From contig JBEULP010000026.1 of the NCBI GenBank assembly GCA_041287245.1, positions 1-21,347 of the forward strand: a DNA stretch of 21,347 nt. Direction: 5' to 3'. A program made the position numbers and the translations under genes. The stretch is from Infirmifilum sp. Its GTDB lineage: Archaea; Thermoproteota; Thermoprotei; Thermofilales; Thermofilaceae. The notes beneath the pieces are model-generated. The model searched no databases, was not told the origin of the DNA, and was given only the letters and a program-made list of their open reading frames with translations. The stretch's first letter is position 1, and each line of letters starts with the position of its first letter. This document shows positions 1 through 7,506 of this stretch, piece by piece.

Positions 1-777
1 ATCGTTTATGCTTTCATCGACGCCTACAGGGCAAACCCCAAGGATCCCTTCAGCGAGTTCATTATCTCGAAGGTGTTACTCAGTTCACACCCACTTGTGT
101 ACGCTGTAGGCGCTCTCGTATGGATCCTGGGGACGCTAGTGTTCCTTCTAGAGCTCTCAGGGTTCACCCTGACACTCCACGGTCTGAGAAAAACAGGCTT
201 TGGAGTCGGCAGTTGGAGCGTCGTCGACATCGCGTTGGTGGCGCTCAGCGCCGCTGTGTACGGTGCACTTCTAATATCAACTGCGCCTCTCGTAATATTC
301 CCAGGGTTCACATGGCTTAGACCTGCCAACTCACTAGCACCCCTCTTCGGGATGTTTTTCGGCATCCCGGGCTGTTTCGGCGCGGCTCTGGGAAACCTTA
401 TCGCCGATATGGTTGGAGGATTTTTCGGCGTGGGCTCAATCGGGGGGTTCATAGGCAACTTCCTTATAGCCTACCTGCCCTACAAATTCGTCCGTGACCA
501 AACCTTTGCCACTTCATCCTCTATTGGAGAATTCTACCTTTGGGGAGTTATCGTCCAGGCTGTTGTCAGCGCTCTCTATATCTGCTGGTGGCTCGACGTG
601 ATGCAGGGCGTTGTAGGCCTTCCGCTCTTCGTGACCTGGGGGGCGATTGCCCCCTCCATAATCTTGAACAACCTTGTTGTTACAGCTGTGCTTTCACCCA
701 TACTCGGCCGCATACTCTACCCCCTGATTAAAGGCAGAGGACTATACTGGAGAGATAGAGCCAGACCGGCCGCATAA
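1..777 (+). CDS. ECF transporter substrate-binding (S) component, QueT-like; 5'-truncated by the window edge
   Basis: Frame 1 is open from base 1 (IVYAFIDAYRANPKDPFSEFIISKVLL...), so the true start lies upstream. Multi-TM protein with S-component motifs LRPANSLAPLFGMFFG..G..GAALGNLIAD; directly upstream of ecfT-ecfA-ecfA'. Confidence 0.8.
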   Translation: MVYAFIDAYRANPKDPFSEFIISKVLLSSHPLVYAVGALVWILGTLVFLLELSGFTLTLHGLRKTGFGVGSWSVVDIALVALSAAVYGALLISTAPLVIFPGFTWLRPANSLAPLFGMFFGIPGCFGAALGNLIADMVGGFFGVGSIGGFIGNFLIAYLPYKFVRDQTFATSSSIGEFYLWGVIVQAVVSALYICWWLDVMQGVVGLPLFVTWGAIAPSIILNNLVVTAVLSPILGRILYPLIKGRGLYWRDRARPAA

Positions 778-785
778 AATTCAAA

Positions 786-792
786 TTTTTTT
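786..792 (+). terminator. Oligo-T tract (T7) after the S-component gene; possible archaeal intrinsic terminator/attenuator
   Basis: TTTTTTT begins 9 nt after the TAA at 777 and continues as a pyrimidine-rich run. Confidence 0.35.
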
Positions 793-817
793 CTCCTCTT
801 ATATACGGTGAATCCTT

Positions 818-1588
818 TTGTTGTCCGGCATCTACGTCGAGAGGAAATCCTTCTTCCACTCCCTTGACCCCCGCGTCAAACTACTCTGGGCTACTCTAGT
901 CCTCGTCTCCTCGATTTTAACTCAACATAATGGGTTGGAGAGCCTACCGATCTTCGCCTCCACGCTCGTGGCACTTTACCTTGCAGGCATCGGTGTTGGC
1001 TTAGCCATACTCCTGATCTTCAATGCCTCTGTCTTCCTGCTTGTCACGACCCTTATATGGGCTGGGATGTACTCGTCCCAAGGAGTACCCATCTTGGAAC
1101 TTGGGTTCCTTAGGCTGACGGACGTGGGGCTGCTGGTCGCGCTTGGAAAATTCTTCTTGATAATAAACCCTGTAATAGCGTTTATAGTCTTCTTTGCGAC
1201 GACCAAACCATCCCATGTCTCGTGGACCCTTGAAAAATTGGGACTACCCTCGAAGGTCTCCCTCTCCTTCATCATCGCGCTGAGCCTACTTCCATCCGTG
1301 GTGAGAGCTGTAAGGGACGTAATCGACATGCAGAAGCTTAGAGGGCTTAGCCTCGATAAGGGGAACCTATTCGAAAGGCTTAGAAAATACGTCCCCGTAA
1401 TTGTCCCGGTGATCTCAAGGTTGCTGACCGACGTCTGGGATCTGAGCATGGTGTTAGCATCACGGTACGCCGGGGCTTTTCCCAGGAAAACCTACACGTT
1501 CGAGCCAAGATGGAAAAGGGTTGACTCGATATTCCTGGTGTTTTCCATGGCTTTTTACGGAGGTGTCATAGGGTGGGCGCTGCTATAA
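818..1588 (+). CDS. ecfT: ECF transporter transmembrane (T) component, CbiQ/EcfT family
   Basis: SFFHSLDPRVKL N-terminal motif; Q-KLRG and ASRY coupling-helix motifs; TTG start. Confidence 0.92.
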   Translation: MLSGIYVERKSFFHSLDPRVKLLWATLVLVSSILTQHNGLESLPIFASTLVALYLAGIGVGLAILLIFNASVFLLVTTLIWAGMYSSQGVPILELGFLRLTDVGLLVALGKFFLIINPVIAFIVFFATTKPSHVSWTLEKLGLPSKVSLSFIIALSLLPSVVRAVRDVIDMQKLRGLSLDKGNLFERLRKYVPVIVPVISRLLTDVWDLSMVLASRYAGAFPRKTYTFEPRWKRVDSIFLVFSMAFYGGVIGWALL

Positions 1589-2415
1589 CTGTTAAAAATT
1601 TGAGCGTAAGGTACGTCGGCTCTAACGCGTGGGCACTGCGGGACGTAAACCTGGGTGTCCGTGAGGGCGAGATGCTCGTCTTAATGGGGCTGTCCGGGTG
1701 CGGTAAGAGCACTCTCCTCAAGGTTCTAGCCGGGCTCATGCCCTGGGTCATCCCCGGGACGGTGGAAGGTTATGTAGAGGTAGCCGGTATCAACGTGTTA
1801 TCCTCCGGGTATAAGGCACTGGCGGGCCGTGTGGGTATTGTTTACCAGAACCCGGAGGTACAGGTGATTACGAGGTCCGTGTTCGAGGAGCTCGCGATGG
1901 CACCCGAGAACCTCGGCCTGCCGAAGGATGAGGTCGTGGAGAGGGTCTACAGCGTTGCCCGGTCATTGGGGCTTGAAGACTACTTGTCGCGCGACCCTCA
2001 GACGCTCTCAGGGGGTGAGAAGCAGCTTGTGGCAATCGCAAGTGTCCTCACCATGAGACCTAGGATACTGCTTCTAGACGAGCCCACGTCGATGCTGGAC
2101 CATGCTGGCACGAGGATGGTCCTAGAGCTTGTAACTAGGCTTAAGAGGGAGCAGGGGTTGACTATCGTCGCGGCGGAGCACAGGGTTGAGTGGGCAGTAG
2201 ACGTCGCCGATAGAGTCGCGGTAATGAGTGAGGGTAAAGTAGTTATGGACGGTCCTCCAGAGGAGGTTTTCAGCAGAATCGAGGAAGTCGAGAAGTACGG
2301 GGTACGCCCGCCAGGGGCCAGCGAGGTTGCCTACAAGCTGACGAAACTAGGTGTGGACATAGGCATCCCCGTTAAGCTGGACAGCCTTGCGCGAAAGGTG
2401 GGGGTTCAACTATGA
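1573..2415 (+). CDS. ecfA: ECF transporter ATPase (EcfA/CbiO)
   Basis: Walker A GLSGCGKST, Q-loop YQNPE, signature LSGGEKQ, Walker B ILLLDEPT, EH switch. Confidence 0.93.
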   Translation: MGAAITVKNLSVRYVGSNAWALRDVNLGVREGEMLVLMGLSGCGKSTLLKVLAGLMPWVIPGTVEGYVEVAGINVLSSGYKALAGRVGIVYQNPEVQVITRSVFEELAMAPENLGLPKDEVVERVYSVARSLGLEDYLSRDPQTLSGGEKQLVAIASVLTMRPRILLLDEPTSMLDHAGTRMVLELVTRLKREQGLTIVAAEHRVEWAVDVADRVAVMSEGKVVMDGPPEEVFSRIEEVEKYGVRPPGASEVAYKLTKLGVDIGIPVKLDSLARKVGVQL

Positions 2416-3212
2416 TCACCCTTGAAAACGTGAGCTACCAGTACCCAGGCGGCCCCCTTGCGATAAGGGAGGTCTCCCTGACCATCAACCGGGGCGAGTT
2501 TATAGGCGTGATAGGTCACAGCGGGGCGGGCAAAACCACGCTAGCCAAGCTGATAGTCGGCCTTCTAAAGCCGACGAGGGGGCGAGTCTCTGTCGAAGGG
2601 CTAGACACTTCAACCACACCCGTATCCGACCTTGCCAGGCGCGTAGGCTACGTATACCAAAACCCCGACATGATGCTCTTCGCCTCCACAATATTCGAGG
2701 AGGTCGCCTTCGCGCTGAGGAACTTCGGCTTCCCCGAGGAGGAGATCCGCGATCGTGTTCTCAAAGCTCTGCGGGACATAGACCTCGAAAAACCCCTTGA
2801 AGCCTCACCCCACGCCCTGAGCTTCGGCGAGAAACACAGGCTCGCCATAGCCAGCGTGCTAGCCGTCGAGCCCGACTACATAATCCTAGACGAGCCTACA
2901 ACAGGGCTGGACTATGCAAGGTGCCTCACACTATTCACCGTGCTCCGGGAGCTACGCGGAAAGGGCAAGACAATCATAGTCATCACACACGACCTAGACC
3001 TGTTAGCACGCTTCGCAGAACGCATAATCGTACTCGAAAAGGGCAGCATAGTCAAGGACGGCCCACCGTCTGAGGTTCTGGGAGACACCGGCTTCCTAAG
3101 GACACATGGCTTCATCCCAACCCACATATTGACACTTGCCCACCTACTCCAAGTGAAAGAGCTGACTCCTGAGGCCATAGCCCGAGAAATCTACTCACGC
3201 CTACGACGCTAA
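2412..3212 (+). CDS. ecfA: ECF transporter ATPase (EcfA')
   Basis: Walker A GHSGAGKTT, YQNPD, signature LSFGEKH, IILDEPTTGLD, ITHD; ATGA overlap with the upstream gene. Confidence 0.93.
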   Translation: MITLENVSYQYPGGPLAIREVSLTINRGEFIGVIGHSGAGKTTLAKLIVGLLKPTRGRVSVEGLDTSTTPVSDLARRVGYVYQNPDMMLFASTIFEEVAFALRNFGFPEEEIRDRVLKALRDIDLEKPLEASPHALSFGEKHRLAIASVLAVEPDYIILDEPTTGLDYARCLTLFTVLRELRGKGKTIIVITHDLDLLARFAERIIVLEKGSIVKDGPPSEVLGDTGFLRTHGFIPTHILTLAHLLQVKELTPEAIAREIYSRLRR

Positions 3213-3311
3213 GCTAGCCCCGCGTTTTCTCTTGAAGTTAAAGCTTAACCTGGTAGCACAACCCTAAGCCAGCCTTATTATTTCACGCGGGAGCTTTCAG
3301 AGTCCACCAGC

Positions 3312-3914
3312 CTACCTATAGAAAAGCCCCCACTCGAGGAGAGCTGAGTGTATCATCTCCGCGCTTATAGAGGCTATGATCACCGCCATAAACCTTCCCA
3401 TGCTCCTAACCACGTTCTTGCCGGCAACCTCTAGGAGCAGGTCCCCGAAACGCAGTGTTAGGTACACGAGGAGAGCTGCGGCGACCGTCGCTGGCAGAGT
3501 TTTAAGCAGCCCGTGGGTCGCCGTCAAAACGACAAGCGTAGTCATCGTCCCCGGACCCACGAGCAGAGGCGTGGCGATGGGCACTATAAGCGATTCCTCC
3601 GTGTTCTCGAGCATCTTCGTCCTGCTTATGCCAGACAGCATGTCGATAGCAATAACCATTAACAGCACACCACCTCCGAACCTTAGCGACGCTATACTCA
3701 CATTCAAGAAGCTCAGGAGGACGCCCCCCGACACGGCGAAGACAACCATCAAAGTCAGCACGTAGACACTGGCTTTCTTGACCGCCTCAGCCTTCTCAGC
3801 CTGGCCAAGTCCTCCCACGAGGCTGGCAAAAGTGGGTAAGACGCTGACAGGGTTCAGCACAGCGTAGAGCTGCGCAGTCATCAACACGACGTCTAGAAGC
3901 CAACCCCCATCCAT
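3312..3914 (-). CDS. marC: MarC family integral membrane protein
   Basis: LYAVLNP, GGVLL..IAIDML, IVPIATPLLVGPGTMT and RFMAVII motifs. Confidence 0.92.
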   Translation of the reverse strand: MDGGWLLDVVLMTAQLYAVLNPVSVLPTFASLVGGLGQAEKAEAVKKASVYVLTLMVVFAVSGGVLLSFLNVSIASLRFGGGVLLMVIAIDMLSGISRTKMLENTEESLIVPIATPLLVGPGTMTTLVVLTATHGLLKTLPATVAAALLVYLTLRFGDLLLEVAGKNVVRSMGRFMAVIIASISAEMIHSALLEWGLFYR

Positions 3915-3935
3915 AACACCACCAGGGCAACACGC

Positions 3936-3943
3936 AATATAAG
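3936..3943. promoter_or_regulatory. TATA box, possibly bidirectional (marC on -, structured RNA on +)
   Basis: AATATAAG/CTTATATT lies ~25-28 bp from the marC ATG (3914) and ~25-30 bp from the start of the structured element (~3963-3968). Confidence 0.55.
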
Positions 3944-3962
3944 GCTTACCCGCCTACACATC

Positions 3963-4137
3963 GTTTACAGGGGGCCCTCTATACCCCCTTGGAGACGGAG
4001 GGGGACTCGCCCGGTGAAGGGGATTGTCTAAAGGCGGAGCCCATAGCCCACCACTGGACGGGCAGTGCGGTTTAGCAAAACCCACAGCTATGACGAGTTG
4101 AAGTGAAGACGGCGCGCCCGGAGCCCCTGAAACTCAA
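3963..4137 (+). ncRNA. Structured intergenic RNA candidate; probable IS200/IS605 tnpB 3'-end (omegaRNA-like) remnant without tnpB
   Basis: Closing helix GTTT(A)CAGGGG 3963-3973 / CCCCTGAAAC 4124-4133; internal hairpins CCCCCTT..GAGGGGG, CACTG..CAGTG, GGTTT..AAACC, CAGCT..AGTTG; K-turn-like ATGACGA/GTGAAGA/CTGA. Conceptual translation (LKAEPIAHHWTGSA, ..SYDEL.., VKTARPEPLK) resembles crenarchaeal TnpB C-terminal tails as I recall them. Confidence 0.5.
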
Positions 4138-4151
4138 GGAGCTCTGTCCTG

Positions 4152-4166
4152 ACAAACGCTTAAATA
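4152..4166 (+). promoter_or_regulatory. BRE + TATA box for the 4202 gene
   Basis: ACAAACGC-TTAAATA, ending 36 bp upstream of ATG 4202. Confidence 0.5.
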
Positions 4167-4201
4167 TCGCGTATTCGTATAGATTACGCAAGGGTTTTTG
4201 T

Positions 4202-4825
4202 ATGTCCGGTATAGCGAGTAGAGCCTCTCTAGAAGAGGAGATATACCTGAGATCCCTGACCGGCTACCTGGTGGGCCAACACCTACTCGAAGGATACAGC
4301 AAGGTTGCGGTGATCACATACCCGGACAGAATATGCTCCGCAATGGCCGCAGCGCTAGTCACCTCATACATCTCCAGGTCTGGGTACAGGGAGAGCCCCG
4401 CGGCCGTGCTGACCTACGAGGAGGGTAAGGAGAGGGATCTGGCTAGAAAGGTTCTTGAGCTAAAACCCGACGCCGTGTACATATCCTTCGGAGGAGAGCA
4501 GAAGCTCAGCTACGTAGGCGAGATCACCAGAAAGGTGGTCACTTCACTGTCCCAAGAGGGCTACAGGGGCTCGCTCCTCCTTCACGTTAGAGTGTGGCTC
4601 GCCACTAAACAGCTCTCGCTACTGCTCTCGGATCCCAGCCTCGCAGCCTATCTCGCATCCCTAAAGGAGATCAGGGTGTTCACGGCAGACGTTCCGAACA
4701 GGAAGTTCCTATTCCACAAGGTTGTCATCGAAGGCTCGAGCGCCAAACTAGAAAAGCTCAAAGAGGCGCCCATAACCCAAGAACACGCTAAACTCCTCTC
4801 TATATCTCTACCCCCACCCGAGTAG
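4202..4825 (+). CDS. Hypothetical protein (207 aa), alpha/beta pattern
   Basis: Long ORF with typical codon usage and alternating strand/helix pattern (KVAVITYPDRIC; PDAVYISFGGEQ). Start moved from GTG 4103 to ATG 4202 because the upstream stretch overlaps the structured element and a TATA box. Confidence 0.75.
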   Translation: MSGIASRASLEEEIYLRSLTGYLVGQHLLEGYSKVAVITYPDRICSAMAAALVTSYISRSGYRESPAAVLTYEEGKERDLARKVLELKPDAVYISFGGEQKLSYVGEITRKVVTSLSQEGYRGSLLLHVRVWLATKQLSLLLSDPSLAAYLASLKEIRVFTADVPNRKFLFHKVVIEGSSAKLEKLKEAPITQEHAKLLSISLPPPE

Positions 4826-5080
4826 AACCCCCCGAAAAGAGCTTTTTCCTAGCTTACTTTCACTGGCCACCCAGGGTTTCACTAAGCGCCAGCTGCGCCC
4901 AGTTTCTTCATATACGCCCAAACAAATGCCAAAACTGTATGAAGGAACAATAAAGCTACTCCCAAATGGATTAAGGTTAAATTCGGATAACAAGAAGAAT
5001 ATTGTGGAGGCAGCAAGGAAGTCCCATGGCTTTGGACGCGAAAATTTTTATTAAGCATTCTTCTTAACTTTGAAATTGAA

Positions 5081-6199
5081 ATGGCTCCGAGGATAAAGGA
5101 TAGCATAAGTGAAAATTGTAAAACTTGTATATTCTATGACCCCGAGAACAGGTTCTGTAACTTCCTCTCCATGCGGGTCGACAACCCCTACAAGCCTCCT
5201 TGCGCACGAATCCCGCAGCCTCAAGCCGCGGTGCACACAGAGCGCGAAATGGATTCGAGAGGGCTCGACATTAATATTCCCCGGAGGACATACTACAGTA
5301 AGGAGAAGGGCGGTATGAGAAAGGTGGCCGCCCTACTGGTTTTAGCGTTAATAGTTTACTTGTTACTCCTGTACGAAACAATCGCGTCGATCGACGCGCG
5401 CGTGGAGAGCGCCGATTTTCCCAGCCTGGGCGACCTTATAAGCTTCCCTGCTACCCGGCGCCTCAACTTCAACGTAAAGCTCCGCCTGACCTCGAAGGGC
5501 ATCCTACCTGTAACGGTAAGATCCGTCTCCTTCAAGGTCTACGTTGAGGAAGTATACATCGGCACCGTGCGGAGCACCGAGTCTTTCACGGTTGAGCCAG
5601 GTGTAGATAAAACAATACCGTTCACATTTACCCTAGACGCCTCCTCCATATCGCCCGGAGACGTAGTTTACGCGATCCAATCCGCAGCCAACCGCGGGGG
5701 AAACGTGGTTGTTAGGCTAGACGGCTACATGGAGCCAATAGTGATCCTTGTACCCGTGGAGATACCTGCTGTGCGCTCCTACACACTGAACCTGGGCTCT
5801 CCCGCTCCCCGGAGCACCCCGCAGCCTAGCGGCAAGGGCTCCACCGGGTTCCTATCAATTCAAGACGCCTACTGGACTGTGAACAATAGGATGGTGACAA
5901 GCTGTAAGCTTGGGGACACTGTCGTCGCACATGTTGTCGTTAAGGCTGAAGGGGGACCTGTCAGCGGCACCCTTACCATTAAAATCAAGGAGGATCTCGC
6001 CGCCTTACCCGACTCGGTGTACGTGGTCTCTACCCCTTATGTGAGCCTGAGGGAGGGTGAGACGAGAGACATAGAAGTGTCCTTCATAGCCAGGCGCACC
6101 AGCGGAGTCATCTTCCGCGGCTACTTTATCGAAGTCGAGGGATTAGCCTCATGGACCATGCCCAGCTCGTACCCGCCGAGGCTGAGGGTTGAGGGTTAG
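5081..6199 (+). CDS. Membrane-anchored LEA_2/WHy-domain protein with N-terminal Cys motif and C-terminal Ig-like domain
   Basis: C-x2-C-x9-C-x14-C N-terminus; single TM (VAALLVLALIVYLLLLY); LEA_2-like LPVTVRSVSFKVYVEEVYIGT..FTVEPG; Pro/Ser linker; beta-rich C-terminal domain (VSLREGETRDIEVSF). TATA-like TTTATTAA near 5047-5054. Confidence 0.75.
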   Translation: MAPRIKDSISENCKTCIFYDPENRFCNFLSMRVDNPYKPPCARIPQPQAAVHTEREMDSRGLDINIPRRTYYSKEKGGMRKVAALLVLALIVYLLLLYETIASIDARVESADFPSLGDLISFPATRRLNFNVKLRLTSKGILPVTVRSVSFKVYVEEVYIGTVRSTESFTVEPGVDKTIPFTFTLDASSISPGDVVYAIQSAANRGGNVVVRLDGYMEPIVILVPVEIPAVRSYTLNLGSPAPRSTPQPSGKGSTGFLSIQDAYWTVNNRMVTSCKLGDTVVAHVVVKAEGGPVSGTLTIKIKEDLAALPDSVYVVSTPYVSLREGETRDIEVSFIARRTSGVIFRGYFIEVEGLASWTMPSSYPPRLRVEG

Positions 6200-6452
6200 C
6201 GCCAGCCAAAACTGTAATTATAGGCGTACTTAAACTCCGGCGAGGGAATGCTAACAGGCGCCGCGCCTTCCACTTTGAGTGTGAGTATAAGCATCAGCCC
6301 GTGGGGCTTGGCGAGTTTTAGGGTTTTGATCTTGCCGGCCTGCTCTCGACCTTCGCGTCTCACAGTGTAGCTGCGGTGCGTGAAATTCCCCTGTGATGGC
6401 ATGGGAGAGGAGCTACTCGTTGAAAGCTTTTGACTGTGCAGCCCGGCTACTT

Positions 6453-6492
6453 TTACGATGGCGAATCATCGTAATCTCCTCGCTTTTTTTTT
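6453..6492. terminator. Perfect 8-bp inverted repeat followed by a T9 tract in a convergent intergenic gap
   Basis: TTACGATG-GCGAAT-CATCGTAA (6453-6474); T9 at 6484-6492. Confidence 0.4.
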
Positions 6493-6568
6493 AACCGTAC
6501 TGCTGTTACAACCTACTTTAGCAATGGGCTGTATTGATATTATTTTTAAAACTTTTAGAAAGGCCTGA

Positions 6569-6985
6569 CTACAGGGTACGTGGGTCCACTCTTGTTAGCC
6601 CTGGGACCTTGTCGAAAACTGTGTCTGTCGAGATTATTGTGTGGTCTGGGACCTGGTTTAGGGCGGTTGCCGCGTAGTAGGCGTCGAATATTGAGCTAAA
6701 CCCGTATTGCTTCATTAGGATGAGCGCGAGAAGGTCGACCTCATGGGTTGTCTCGAGAAAGACGAGGTTGTCGATGGAGGTGAGAAGCGCGAACCTCGCG
6801 ATTATCTCATCAAGTGACACGCCTTCCTGAACTGATATGTAGTAAATTTCGTGTAGGCTCTCCCTAGAGGCGTAGACAGGTCCCAGCTCTCCCCCGGCTA
6901 TCTTATGGATGAGTGCGTCAGCCACCGGCTTGAGCCAGTCATCGCGCTTAACATAAGCATAGAGGAGATCTGTCTCCACCATCAT
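6569..6985 (-). CDS. vapC: VapC-type PIN-domain ribonuclease toxin
   Basis: PIN acidic residues: ETD (N-terminal), HEI, FDAYYAATA, IISTDTVFD; 4-bp overlap with the upstream antitoxin. Confidence 0.9.
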   Translation of the reverse strand: MMVETDLLYAYVKRDDWLKPVADALIHKIAGGELGPVYASRESLHEIYYISVQEGVSLDEIIARFALLTSIDNLVFLETTHEVDLLALILMKQYGFSSIFDAYYAATALNQVPDHTIISTDTVFDKVPGLTRVDPRTL

Positions 6986-7230
6986 AGCTGCTTCCTCCTT
7001 TTAGCTCGGGCTACGGCATCCCTCATAGCTGCTTCTTCCGCAGCTTTCTTCAGTTCAGTCCTGCTCCTAGACGAGGGCAGCCAACCGCCGGCTCCCTCAG
7101 GTGGAGGCGTTGGGAGGGGTATTAGGACTAAGAAGGATCCAGAGGGTATTATTACTACCTTCGTTCTCCTCACGTTGAACTCCTTTGGGATCACGATCCT
7201 TCCGCGCTCATCCACTTTTACCACAGCCAC
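6982..7230 (-). CDS. vapB: AbrB/MazE/SpoVT-family antitoxin (VapB)
   Basis: VKVDERGRIVIPKE AbrB motif; 82 aa; coupled to the PIN gene; GGTGA ribosome-binding site upstream of GTG. Confidence 0.9.
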   Translation of the reverse strand: MAVVKVDERGRIVIPKEFNVRRTKVVIIPSGSFLVLIPLPTPPPEGAGGWLPSSRSRTELKKAAEEAAMRDAVARAKRRKQL

Positions 7231-7248
7231 GAATATTCACCCACTAGG

Positions 7249-7274
7249 TTATAATTCGACCCCGGCTTATAATT
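7249..7274 (-). promoter_or_regulatory. vapBC promoter / putative autoregulatory operator (two TTATAATT copies)
   Basis: TTATAATT at 7249-7256 and 7267-7274 (18-bp period), each containing the palindrome TTATAA. Confidence 0.5.
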
Positions 7275-7506
7275 TTATCCCCCAAGCTAGGAAAAATACC
7301 ACAAAGGGGATGGTCTGCTTAGCGGCAGGAATGCTTTTCCCAGTGGGACACCCAAGGTTTAAAAACTCTTGCACCACTCACCTGGGAAAAGAAAAAACTT
7401 TAAAGCCTGCCCTTGAAGCGTAGCGGGCCAGGGACTGTGAACCCTATAGGAAGAGAGCTGGGTGGATGGGATTAACCTTAATAAAGCCGGTTATTTGAGA
7501 CTCTTG

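Noticed and set aside
3963..4137. RNase P RNA, SRP RNA, tRNA or canonical C/D box sRNA as the identity of the structured element
   Set aside because: No GAGGAA..UCC or CR-V motif, no SRP helix-8 motif, no TTC-loop cloverleaf; the C and D'-like boxes are too close to hold a guide.
4103..4201. N-terminal extension of the 4103-4825 ORF
   Set aside because: It overlaps the structured element and a BRE/TATA; ATG 4202 is the more plausible start.
6378..6412. GTGAAATTCCCC...ATGGGAGAGG resembling an FMN riboswitch
   Set aside because: The T-loop stem cannot pair (CG before, CC after), spacing is too short, other RFN helices are absent, and no gene follows on this strand.
7409..7460. TPP-riboswitch-like words (CCCTTGAA, GCGTAG, TAGGAAG) upstream of the MFS gene
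   Set aside because: Lacks the UGAGA motif and the P4/P5 arrangement.
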